This document shows, in pieces, positions 1 through 9,072 of a stretch of DNA of 20,000 nucleotides (the stretch's first letter is position 1; the number at the start of each line of letters is the position of its first letter). The translations under genes were made by a program, and so were the position numbers. The DNA comes from an uncultured virus (IMG/VR IMGVR_UViG_3300025467_000014) (taxonomy: Duplodnaviria > Heunggongvirae > Uroviricota > Caudoviricetes): positions 54,881-74,880 of IMG/VR virus record IMGVR_UViG_3300025467_000014; one strand, given 5' to 3'. The notes below the pieces were generated by a model. It was not told the origin of the DNA. It saw only the letters and a program-made list of their open reading frames with translations, and ran no database searches.

Positions 1-2
1 TA

Positions 3-3000
3 GCTGGAGGTTGTAAGAATTGTGCTAATGGAGTACTTGCATTTGTCGGTGCTGGTTATAATAACTGTGCATTAAGTCAAAATACTGTTAATGTTGGTGG
101 TAATACAAATAGTGTGTACGGTACTGCCGCATTTAACGGTGGCGGTCAAAGCAATGTTGTTAACGGTAATTGGTCTGTAAATGTTGGTGGTTATAATAAT
201 ACATTATCAGCTGCAGCATGTTCATTTATTGGTGGTGGTCAAAATAATTGTATTCAAAATGCCTTAAATAGTGCAATTCTCGGTGGATGTAAAAATTATA
301 CATGTGCTAATAATACTTTTATTCTTGGAACTAACTTAAGTGCATCTGTAGTTAATTACACATACGTTAACAATCTTAGTACACAAAGCGGTAATGGAAC
401 AATTTGTGGTACTTTTTATGGTGATGGTTCAAATATCACAAATTTACCTGCAGCAATTTATCAACAAGGTCCAGGTGCATCTTCAATTCAACCTTTATCA
501 GGTAGTAACACTGCTTCAGGATCTGGTTCTAATATTGGAGGTGGTGGTAGTAACTGTTTATGTGCAAATGCTTGTTATAGTCATATAGGAGGCGGTTTAT
601 CTAATACTAATGATAGTTGCCTTGGTGTTATTGGTGGTGGCTCTAATAACTGTATATTAGTATCATATAGTTCTATTATTGGTGGTGGTAGTGGTAATAA
701 GATTGGAAGTGGATTTTATAGTGCTATTGTTGGTGGTTCTCAAAATTATACTGGCGGTCAAGGTAATTTTATCGGTGGTGGTGCTAGTAATTGTAATTGC
801 GGCGTTGGAGGTTGTAACGTCATTGTTGGTGGTGCTAGTAATTGTATTTATAATACAGTTTCACAAAGTGTAATTGTTGGTGGTAATAGTAATTCTCTTT
901 CAGCAGGTAATGGTTATTATAACTTTATCGGCAGTGGAACTACTAACTGTATTATTTGTAATACAAGTAATACATCAATTATCGGTGGCAGACAAAATAC
1001 AGCATCTGCTTGTTATTCTGTAATTCTTAATGGTTATAATAACATTAACTGTACAACTGGTCAATACAATATTATTGGCGGTTGTAATAATAATGATCAA
1101 GGTTATAGTTGTGTTGTTATTCTTGGTAATGGTCTTAATGCATCAAAAAGTAATTTTACATATGTAAACAACCTTAGTACACCAGGTAGTATCTTAACTC
1201 AGACTCTTACTGCTGGTAGTACGCTTACAACTGTTCCAGCTAACTTACCTTTTAATTTTGCTCCTATTACAAACGTAGCTGCAGCTTCTGGCTCTGTATT
1301 TTATTCAGTAACAAATTTAGCAGCTGGATTGAGTTCAAGTTCTGATCTCGCAGCTTATAATGATCAGGGTAATTATATTGACTTAGGTATTAATAGTTCA
1401 AAGTATAATGGTAATTTATACACTCCTAAGTTTAATATTGTTGGACCACAGGATTCATATTTTTATAATACATCAGCTAACTTAGCAATTGGAACTTCAA
1501 CCGCTGGTGATGTATTATTCTTTACTGGTGGTACACTTTCAGGAACCGCAGCTGTAGGCAGTGGTAATGAAAGACTACGTATTAACTCAGGTGGTTGTAC
1601 GATTGTTCAAAATATTAGTGCTATTTGTGGTACTATTGATAATACAATAATAGGAAATACTATACCTGCTGCAGGTTGTTTTACAAATTTATCAGGCGGT
1701 ACGATATGTGCTACAACAGGTTTTTATGGTAATGGTGCTAACATAACCAATATAACTGCAGCAAACGGTTGGTGCTATTATCAATGTTGTTTAAATAGTA
1801 ATTTAACCTATAATTTAATTGGTGGTGGTAATAATGGTATTTGTAGTGTTCGTAATGGTCAAGGTGGTCCGTTTGCTGATTATAATAGATGCAATACTAT
1901 TATAAATGGTAGTAATAACAATATAAATTCAGCTTCAAACTATATTTGTTATAACTTTATTGCTGGTGGTCAAAATAACTATACAGGTCAATGTAATACA
2001 TTTATTCTTGGTAGTGGATTGAGTGCAACTCAGAATAATTATACATACGTTAATAATATTAGTTCACAAGGTGCCGTTTGTGGTGCATCAGTTTGTGGTT
2101 CAACATCTGTTTGTGGTGGTGCATTATGTTCTACAGGTAATATAAACGCCTCCTCTTGTATTGTAGCAAGTAATTGTGTACAGGGTGGTACCTTAATTTC
2201 AACCGGTAATATTACTACAACTTCAGGTAACATTTGTACCTCTTCAGGTAACATTTGTACATCTTCAGGTAATATTAATACTATAACTGGTACTGTTAGT
2301 GGTGCATCAGTTTGTTCTAATTTAGTATGTTCAACAAATAATATATACACTACTAATTGTATACAAGGTAGTACAGTATGTGGTACATCGGCAATTTGTG
2401 GTGGTGCTGGTTATTTCTCTACAGTTAATACAACAGGTAATGTCGCAATTGGTGGTAGTTTAACTGTAGCTGGTTCTTCATATCAAACAAATGCTCAATC
2501 ATTAATCGTAGGTGATCCAATCATCTATATGGGTCTTGATAATACAACCGATCTTTATGATATCGGTGTAATGGGTTTCTATAATGCTCTGTCGGCATTA
2601 AGCGCTTCAGGATTACCTTATGGTGGTCTTGCTTCTGGTCTTCTACGATCACGTAGTTTATCGGGTCAAGGTATCAATAATGGCGATGTATGGACACTCT
2701 TTAATGCTCTATCAGTAACAGCGAGTGTTCTTTCAGCAGTTAACGTTCCTATATCAAATGCAACAATCAGTACACTTGTTGCAAATACTAGTGGTATTGT
2801 ATATGGCAATACAGGTAGTAAATTTAACGGTACAACCACGTTTAATACTGCAACTGTAACCGGTAATCTTAGTTCTGGTAATACATGGATTAGTGGAACT
2901 TCACCAGTTCAAACACTTGTCAATACAGGTGCAAGTCCTAGTACATACGTACAGAATCAATTATTTACAATAACAGCAGCAGGTGGTTCTTATATTACAT

Positions 3001-3287
3001 TACCAACATTTAGTTTAGCCGGGTTAGGTGCACCGGGTACAATAAAGTTTCTTACACGAGGCAAACAAGCATCTACAAATTATACAATTGCTTTTGAAAT
3101 GCTTGCTCACTATGATGATGCTAGTACAAATTGGAACTATACGGTTACAAATTTTGTTGATCCTAATAACCAATTAAACGTTGTATCCCTTTCGGCAGGT
3201 TCCGCTATTGATTTATATTTAAATTTTAGTAATTCTAATTCAAATAACTGGACTATTAATAGTTACGGAACAGCAATTAGTGATTAA
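3..3287 (+). CDS. Gly/Asn/Cys-rich modular phage fibre/adhesin-like protein, 5'-truncated by the window edge
   Basis: Frame is open from position 3 (GCT GGA GGT TGT AAG AAT...), so the GTG at 114 is not the true start. It has three blocks of ~15-aa 'S-x-I-x-GG-x-x-N-x-I' beta-solenoid repeats, each capped by N(Y/F)TYVNN(L/I)S (354-380, 1152-1178, 2037-2063). It also has FYG(D/N)G(S/A)NITN linkers, a ~108-aa shared module at 1260-1583 and a phage-fibre-like 'GSLTVAG..GDPIIYMG..DIG' motif near 2455-2570. The C-terminal domain is Cys-free. Confidence 0.75.
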   Translation, partial: AGGCKNCANGVLAFVGAGYNNCALSQNTVNVGGNTNSVYGTAAFNGGGQSNVVNGNWSVNVGGYNNTLSAAACSFIGGGQNNCIQNALNSAILGGCKNYTCANNTFILGTNLSASVVNYTYVNNLSTQSGNGTICGTFYGDGSNITNLPAAIYQQGPGASSIQPLSGSNTASGSGSNIGGGGSNCLCANACYSHIGGGLSNTNDSCLGVIGGGSNNCILVSYSSIIGGGSGNKIGSGFYSAIVGGSQNYTGGQGNFIGGGASNCNCGVGGCNVIVGGASNCIYNTVSQSVIVGGNSNSLSAGNGYYNFIGSGTTNCIICNTSNTSIIGGRQNTASACYSVILNGYNNINCTTGQYNIIGGCNNNDQGYSCVVILGNGLNASKSNFTYVNNLSTPGSILTQTLTAGSTLTTVPANLPFNFAPITNVAAASGSVFYSVTNLAAGLSSSSDLAAYNDQGNYIDLGINSSKYNGNLYTPKFNIVGPQDSYFYNTSANLAIGTSTAGDVLFFTGGTLSGTAAVGSGNERLRINSGGCTIVQNISAICGTIDNTIIGNTIPAAGCFTNLSGGTICATTGFYGNGANITNITAANGWCYYQCCLNSNLTYNLIGGGNNGICSVRNGQGGPFADYNRCNTIINGSNNNINSASNYICYNFIAGGQNNYTGQCNTFILGSGLSATQNNYTYVNNISSQGAVCGASVCGSTSVCGGALCSTGNINASSCIVASNCVQGGTLISTGNITTTSGNICTSSGNICTSSGNINTITGTVSGASVCSNLVCSTNNIYTTNCIQGSTVCGTSAICGGAGYFSTVNTTGNVAIGGSLTVAGSSYQTNAQSLIVGDPIIYMGLDNTTDLYDIGVMGFYNALSALSASGLPYGGLASGLLRSRSLSGQGINNGDVWTLFNALSVTASVLSAVNVPISNATISTLVANTSGIVYGNTGSKFNGTTTFNTATVTGNLSSGNTWISGTSPVQTLVNTGASPSTYVQNQLFTITAAGGSYITLPTFSLAGLGAPGTIKFLTRGKQASTNYTIAFEMLAHYDDASTNWNYTVTNFVDPNNQLNVVSLSAGSAIDLYLNFSNSNSNNWTINSYGTAISD
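2221..2280 (+). repeat. 21-nt tandem repeat CTTCAGGTAACATTTGTAC(C/A)T (SGNICTS), about 2.5-3 copies
   Basis: Near-identical units at 2221-2241 and 2242-2262, and a degenerate unit from 2263. Confidence 0.9.
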
Positions 3288-3317
3288 TTTTTAGATAGAT
3301 AAATTTAATGCAACAGT

Positions 3318-3323
3318 TAAATA
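3318..3323 (+). promoter_or_regulatory. T4-late-type promoter core TAAATA
   Basis: TAAATA 7 nt before ATG 3331; no SD. Confidence 0.55.
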
Positions 3324-3330
3324 TGTGTAG

Positions 3331-3666
3331 ATGAGTATTATACCTACACCATTTAAAGTTACTACAAGTGCCGTTGTTTCAGGTAACTTAACGGTATATG
3401 GCACGATATCTGCTTCGACAGCTGTTTATGCAAATGGTGTATTATTAGGAAGTGGTAGTAGTACAGGGGGATTATATCTGCCATTAAGTGGCGGTCAATT
3501 GACCGGTCCGGTAACTTCATTATCATCTCTATCTGCTCAAGGTACACTTACTGGTCTTAATATTGCTACAAATAATCAAATACAATTTTTGACTGGAGGC
3601 AATTTTGTTAAAGCTTATCAATTTTATAATTCTACAACAAACAGTATAGATACTGTTTTTAACTAA
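3331..3666 (+). CDS. Small virion structural/fibre-associated protein (111 aa)
   Basis: ATG preceded by TAAATA. Contains 'GNLTVYGTISASTAVYANGVLLGSG' (the GTIS...GSG part is shared with the 1478-aa fibre) and 'YLPLSGGQLTG', a motif typical of phage tail fibres. The next gene starts 1 nt after its stop. Confidence 0.7.
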   Translation: MSIIPTPFKVTTSAVVSGNLTVYGTISASTAVYANGVLLGSGSSTGGLYLPLSGGQLTGPVTSLSSLSAQGTLTGLNIATNNQIQFLTGGNFVKAYQFYNSTTNSIDTVFN

Positions 3667-3667
3667 A

Positions 3668-4561
3668 ATGGCAACAACAGTCGCAAGATTATCATCTAAC
3701 GGTGTATATTTTACTAATACATATTTTGATGAAATAGCGTATACGAATAATAAAATCTCTACTACAGCTATGTATAGTGGAGGGTTTGATGAGGTTGCTA
3801 TTAAAGGAGGTAGTGTAGCTAAAAGAGAAACATCCGATGGCCGGGTTCTTGTATCTGGATACTTTGATGAAATAACTGGTATAGCTAACGTAATAACAAG
3901 TGGTTTAATACTCTTTTTAGATGCCGGTAATCCTGCTAGCTATCCAGGTGCAGGTAGTACATGGACGGATTTATCTATTTATGGAAATAGCGCTACTCTG
4001 GTTAATAGTCCGACTTTCAGTACAACTAATGGAGGTATTATAAATCTTAACGGTAGTAACCAATATACAGTATCAAATAATCTTGTTTCGCAATTAGGTG
4101 CATCATCATCAATATCTGAATTTATATGGGTACGTCCAACGGCTCAAGGTCAAATTGTTGTAGAGCTTGGATCAACAACACCTAGCAGTGGATGGCATGA
4201 TTCGAATATAGAAATTAATTCATCAGGAGCTATAAGCATGTCTATATGGCAAGGAAGTTTAAATAATAGAGTTACAACATCAAACTTATCATTTAATAAC
4301 TGGTATTATGTTGGATTTACTTATGATGGAGCTACACTGACTGGTTACTTAAACGGTACTGCTATCGGAACAACAACATTCAGTAGACAGGTTAATGGAT
4401 CTAACTACTATTATGCTATTGGACCTGCTGATAGCACAAATATGGGAACAAATGCTTACTTAACAGGCTCTGTCGCTGTATTTCAAATGTATAATAGAGC
4501 TATACAGGCAGGTGAAGTTTCACAAAATTTTAATGCTCAAAGAAACAGATTTGGTATTTAA
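3668..4561 (+). CDS. LamG/concanavalin A-like lectin domain virion protein (297 aa)
   Basis: 'GLILFLDAGNPASYPGAGSTWTDLS', 'NNWYYVGFTYDGATLTGYLNG' and 'YNRAI...V.QNFNAQRNRFGI' are hallmarks of phage Laminin_G_3-type domains. The N-terminal ~70 aa carry three FDE(I/V) repeats. Confidence 0.85.
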   Translation: MATTVARLSSNGVYFTNTYFDEIAYTNNKISTTAMYSGGFDEVAIKGGSVAKRETSDGRVLVSGYFDEITGIANVITSGLILFLDAGNPASYPGAGSTWTDLSIYGNSATLVNSPTFSTTNGGIINLNGSNQYTVSNNLVSQLGASSSISEFIWVRPTAQGQIVVELGSTTPSSGWHDSNIEINSSGAISMSIWQGSLNNRVTTSNLSFNNWYYVGFTYDGATLTGYLNGTAIGTTTFSRQVNGSNYYYAIGPADSTNMGTNAYLTGSVAVFQMYNRAIQAGEVSQNFNAQRNRFGI

Positions 4562-4572
4562 AGAATATTAGA

Positions 4573-4578
4573 TAAATA
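4573..4578 (+). promoter_or_regulatory. T4-late-type promoter core (GA)TAAATA
   Basis: 9 nt before ATG 4588; no SD. Confidence 0.6.
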
Positions 4579-4587
4579 TAAAAGACC

Positions 4588-7500
4588 ATGGCAAAATTAT
4601 TAGGAGGAACGACAGTTTATGGATTACTAAGTACTACCGGTACTGTGTATGCCTCTGCTGCACAAATAGGCTCTACCACACCTATTGCCGCTCTTAATAT
4701 ATCGCCCTTAACAATTACAGCAGCAGCTTCTGGCTCTGTATTCAATCAAATACAAAATACGGTTGCCGGGGTGAGCGCGAGTACTGACGTAGCTCTTTAT
4801 AATGATTTATTAACAAACTATGTAGACATAGGTATTAATAGTTCAAAATATAATGGTAATATATATTTTCCAGCATTCAATATAATTGGACCAAATGATT
4901 CGTATTTCTTTGCTACAACTGGTAATATAAGTGTCGGTAATACAGGATCAACAGGAGATTTAATATTTCATACAGGTGGTTCATTAAGTGGTACATCTGG
5001 TAATAGTGGTAATGAAAGAATGCGTATTGTTAACGTTAATACTGCAACTAATGGTGGATTTGTTGGTATTAATACTTCAACACCTAACCAGCAATTAACT
5101 GTAGCTGGTACCATTTCAGCATCTACGGCTGTTTATGCAAATGGTGTATTATTAGGAAGTGGTGGTGGTACAATAGATACAGGAGTCAGAGCAATAACTG
5201 GTAATTGGCAAAATACCTATACAACAGTTAGCTCATTTAGTGCTAACTGGAATAATTCTTATTCAACGTTAACTGCTAATTCAGCGTTTTGGTCTAATGT
5301 TTATACAACAGTATGTGCTTATAGTGCTAACTGGAGTAGTGCTTATACAAATTTGACCGCTAATTCAGCTACTTGGCAAAATACCTATACAACTGTTAGT
5401 TCTAATAGTGCTAATTGGCAAAACACTTATACAACATTATCAACTAATAGTGGTACTTGGGTAACATATAGTAATTTAAATACAGGTTCATTTGTAAAAT
5501 ATACAGATATTAATACTGTATCTGGTACATGGAATAATGCTTATACAACGTTAACTGCTAATTCAGCTTATTGGTCAAACGCTTATACAACAGTATGTGC
5601 TTATAGTGCAGGTTGGGGCTCTAGCGGTAGTACAGTAGATACAGGCGTAAGAGCGCTTACAGGTAATTGGCAAAATACCTACACAACAGTATCTGCTAAT
5701 TCAGCTAAATGGTCATCTGCCTATACTCTTCTCAATACTTCAACAGCTACTACTTTTAGGGTTAATAATTTAAGTGCTGATGGTAATATATGTGCACCTT
5801 ATTTTTATGGTGGTTATTTTAGTGGCGATGGTTCTGGATTAACAAATATACAACCACAAGGTCCATATTATTGTAATGTTGTTAATCATAATATATGTAC
5901 ATTAGATAATAATTTTGCTACCGGTGGATATTCCGCTATATTAGGTGGTTGTAATAATAATACATCTGCAGGTTGCTCTACTATTTTAGGTGGTACATTT
6001 AATAATGTTACTAGTGGATATTCTACAATTCTAGGTGGTAATCATAATACGATATTATCAGGCGGTTATAATACAATTGTTAGTGGTTTGAGTAACGTAG
6101 TTTCAGGTCCTTATTCAAGTATTGTTAGTGGGTTGAGTAACGTAGTTTTAGGGCCCTATTCAAGCGTTATTAATGGTATATGCAACGCTATCTATACATC
6201 TAATAATACTAACAGTACTTATAATACTATTATTAATGGCTGTCAGAATAATATTTGTGTAGTTGGTGACTCGACCGCTTATATTTCATTTGCTAAAATG
6301 GCAGGATTTAAAAATACAATTTTATTGAAAAATAATACTGTTAATCCGGTATTACCGGTTAGAATTAATGATGCGAACATCGACGGTATTAATAATTGTG
6401 TCAAACAGTGCGGTGATTCTAGCTTTATTGATACTGTATCTATTAGAGGTTGTTCAAATTTTATAACGTTATCAGCATGTTGTGCTTCTTTGTATGATAG
6501 TCATATCATTGGTAGTGCTTATAGCGGTACAACAAATTCAGCGTATTATAGTAACATTTGTGATTCAAATATTATTGGTAGTAATGGTAGTGGTATACAC
6601 TTATTGACACCGTGCTCCAATATTCAAGATTCAAATATTATTGGAAGTCGAAGCAGCAATATTTGTCAAGGTTTAACAAATAGTGGTCAATATGGGTCAA
6701 TTACCGGAACCAGTATTTTAGGAGGTTTTTTTAATACAGTTGTTACCGATGGTGGCGGTGCTGTAAACTTTACAGCGATAATTACAGGACAAGTTAATAA
6801 TATTACTAATTCTGGATATAATTCAGTTGTAAATGCATCGACTGTAACCGGCTTTGGAAACAACATTACCATATCCGGGCAATATGCAAATGTTTCGCAG
6901 GTATATGCGACCGGTGCGTATAATTTATTAAAAACATGCTGCGATAGAACTAATATCTCTTACGCTACAATAAATGGTTGTAATAACTGTATTAACGCAA
7001 TAAATTGTTGTGCCGCTATATGCTATAGCACCATTACAAATGGTAATAATAATACTATTACTAATAGTGGTTATTATAACTATAATGGTAATAACTATAC
7101 CTTTATTAATAATGGGTGTAACAATTTAATTTGTACGCAAACATATGGGTGTTTAGATAGTGTTGGTATAGCTAGTGGTTGTTTGAATAACATTACGGCG
7201 AGTGGTTATTGTCAAGTAAGTCATTTAGCACACTGCGGTCTTATTAAAAATGCTACTATAGCTAATGGTAATAATAATAGGTTATTTTCATGTGGCTGTT
7301 GTGTTAACGCTACCCTTTCTGGTGCTTTTGTTACTGGTACAAATAACGCAATATGTAATACTGCTAGTTGTTATTATGCTTCTAATATCTATGATGTTAC
7401 TTTATTAGGCGGTCAATCCAATTGTATTTCATCTTTAGGTGGAGGCTCCGGTACCGGGGTATCTCAAGTTTGTTATTCATCAATATTTGGTGGTACCAAT

Positions 7501-9024
7501 AACTGTATCATTACAACTGCTGGAGCTCAAGTCTGTTATTCAGCCATTTTAGGTGGATGCAATAATACCTTAAATAGACCAGGCAACTTCTTAACAAATG
7601 TGTTTGTTATAGGTTCAAATATAAACCCAACTACATCGAATTACACATATGTTAATAATTTAAGCGTTGCTGGTCAGGCATATGCAAATGGCGTATTATT
7701 AGGAAGCGGTGGAGGTAGTAACGTATCAGGATTAACTGGAAACTGGCAAAATACATATACTACAGTATCAGCTAATTCAGCTAATTGGACAAGCGCGTAT
7801 ACTCTTCTCAATACCACGACAGCTACTACGTTTAATGTTAACGTCTTGAGTGCAAAGAGCGCTTTCTTAGGTACAACGTCAGTAATAGCAGCTTTAAATT
7901 CCGCTCCCTTAACAATAACAAGTGCAGCTAGTGGTTCGGTCTTTAATGCTATACAAAATACGTTTGCCGGTGTTAGTGCAAGTACAGACGTTTCTCTATA
8001 CAATGACGATAGTATTAACTACCTTGATTTAGGTATAGCGAGTACAAAGTATAATGGTAATCTTTACAGTCCAGTGTTTAATGTTGTAAGGGGCGGTGAT
8101 TCATATGCATACGCTACAAGTGGTAACTTCGTATTAGGTGCAGCTAATGCAAATGGTAACTTAACGTTCTTCACTGGTGGTACTCTAAGCGGTGCTGCTG
8201 GTAATGAGAGAATGAGAATCACTAATACCGGTTTTGTTGGTGTCAGTACATTATCTCCTAATCAAGCTCTAACTGTTGTTGGCAATATTAGTGCAACCGG
8301 TAATACAATCCATGCTGGGTCATGGAATAATAGTGTATATACAGGGGTCAGTGGTGATGGTGTTATTATTGATTACCTTCAAGGCTCTCCTGGTTTAGGT
8401 AGAATTAGTGTTGGTAATGGAACAGGAGCTGACTCATTAGCTTTTTATAATAACGGACCCGGTCAGTCAACACCGACAGCTACAATGTATCTGTCAACTA
8501 ATGGATTTGTTGGTATCGGTACAACAACACCTAATACTAATTTAACAGTTAATGGTAGTATAAGTGCTGCGCAGGTCTATGCTAATTTAAATGGAGGAAA
8601 TGCAACAACAGTAGGCTTTGGAACAACAGCATTAAATGGATTTAATTTTAAAGGTGCTTTCGGATCATCGACAGGTGTTCTATTCACTGTACCTGCTGGT
8701 AAGATATTTTTCCCAGATTCAATAGTCTATATTATAGATACAAAGACTGGTGGAACAGGAATTGGTGACACGATGACAGTAATGCGTGTATATTGGGCTG
8801 ATGGAACAACACAAGTTTCTAATCAATACGCACCTCCTGTTCTAACAGGACAAGTTAATGCAGGTGATTACTTTAGAGGTTCCTTAGTTATATCTGCCGC
8901 ATCAAAGAGCTATGTACCAGGAGGAACAAGTGTAATAGCTAAGATTGATGCTGCTTATGTTAATGGCGGTACACCAACAACAACTCTATCTGGTAGAGTG
9001 TTTATTACAGGTACATTAATTTAA
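4588..9024 (+). CDS. Large modular tail/head fibre-like protein (1478 aa)
   Basis: Two copies of the ~108-aa shared module (4702-5028, 7903-8220) followed by 'GFVG(I/V)' tail-fibre motifs. It has a 14-aa Trp-repeat stalk (5206-5712, 7744-7788), an FSGDGSGLTN linker and a long Cys/Asn-rich beta-solenoid (~5900-7665) capped by NYTYVNNLS. Confidence 0.8.
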   Translation: MAKLLGGTTVYGLLSTTGTVYASAAQIGSTTPIAALNISPLTITAAASGSVFNQIQNTVAGVSASTDVALYNDLLTNYVDIGINSSKYNGNIYFPAFNIIGPNDSYFFATTGNISVGNTGSTGDLIFHTGGSLSGTSGNSGNERMRIVNVNTATNGGFVGINTSTPNQQLTVAGTISASTAVYANGVLLGSGGGTIDTGVRAITGNWQNTYTTVSSFSANWNNSYSTLTANSAFWSNVYTTVCAYSANWSSAYTNLTANSATWQNTYTTVSSNSANWQNTYTTLSTNSGTWVTYSNLNTGSFVKYTDINTVSGTWNNAYTTLTANSAYWSNAYTTVCAYSAGWGSSGSTVDTGVRALTGNWQNTYTTVSANSAKWSSAYTLLNTSTATTFRVNNLSADGNICAPYFYGGYFSGDGSGLTNIQPQGPYYCNVVNHNICTLDNNFATGGYSAILGGCNNNTSAGCSTILGGTFNNVTSGYSTILGGNHNTILSGGYNTIVSGLSNVVSGPYSSIVSGLSNVVLGPYSSVINGICNAIYTSNNTNSTYNTIINGCQNNICVVGDSTAYISFAKMAGFKNTILLKNNTVNPVLPVRINDANIDGINNCVKQCGDSSFIDTVSIRGCSNFITLSACCASLYDSHIIGSAYSGTTNSAYYSNICDSNIIGSNGSGIHLLTPCSNIQDSNIIGSRSSNICQGLTNSGQYGSITGTSILGGFFNTVVTDGGGAVNFTAIITGQVNNITNSGYNSVVNASTVTGFGNNITISGQYANVSQVYATGAYNLLKTCCDRTNISYATINGCNNCINAINCCAAICYSTITNGNNNTITNSGYYNYNGNNYTFINNGCNNLICTQTYGCLDSVGIASGCLNNITASGYCQVSHLAHCGLIKNATIANGNNNRLFSCGCCVNATLSGAFVTGTNNAICNTASCYYASNIYDVTLLGGQSNCISSLGGGSGTGVSQVCYSSIFGGTNNCIITTAGAQVCYSAILGGCNNTLNRPGNFLTNVFVIGSNINPTTSNYTYVNNLSVAGQAYANGVLLGSGGGSNVSGLTGNWQNTYTTVSANSANWTSAYTLLNTTTATTFNVNVLSAKSAFLGTTSVIAALNSAPLTITSAASGSVFNAIQNTFAGVSASTDVSLYNDDSINYLDLGIASTKYNGNLYSPVFNVVRGGDSYAYATSGNFVLGAANANGNLTFFTGGTLSGAAGNERMRITNTGFVGVSTLSPNQALTVVGNISATGNTIHAGSWNNSVYTGVSGDGVIIDYLQGSPGLGRISVGNGTGADSLAFYNNGPGQSTPTATMYLSTNGFVGIGTTTPNTNLTVNGSISAAQVYANLNGGNATTVGFGTTALNGFNFKGAFGSSTGVLFTVPAGKIFFPDSIVYIIDTKTGGTGIGDTMTVMRVYWADGTTQVSNQYAPPVLTGQVNAGDYFRGSLVISAASKSYVPGGTSVIAKIDAAYVNGGTPTTTLSGRVFITGTLI
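5206..5712 (+). repeat. Coding 42-nt (14-aa) Trp repeat array, consensus W-x-N-x-Y-T-T-(V/L)-x-A-N-S-A-x
   Basis: TGG codons at 5206, 5248, 5290, 5332, 5374, 5416, 5458, then 5530, 5572, 5614, then 5668, 5710. Confidence 0.9.
6076..6165 (+). repeat. 45-nt tandem duplication (IVSGLSNVV(S/L)GPYSS x2), one solenoid rung
   Basis: Units 6076-6120 and 6121-6165 differ at only a few positions. Confidence 0.9.
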
Positions 9025-9059
9025 AAATACATAATTAATAGTTAGTAAGCAGTTTGACA

Positions 9060-9065
9060 TAAATA
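9060..9065 (+). promoter_or_regulatory. T4-late-type promoter core (CA)TAAATA
   Basis: 7 nt before ATG 9073; no SD. Confidence 0.6.
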
Positions 9066-9072
9066 TTAATAC

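Noticed and set aside
114..116. GTG at 114 as the start of the first gene
   Set aside because: The frame is open back to position 3 with the same GG-x-x-N repeats, so the real start lies upstream of the window.
5206..5712. 42-nt periodic repeats as a CRISPR array
   Set aside because: The repeats are degenerate, in frame and vary mainly at synonymous positions. There is no repeat/unique-spacer structure and no cas genes.
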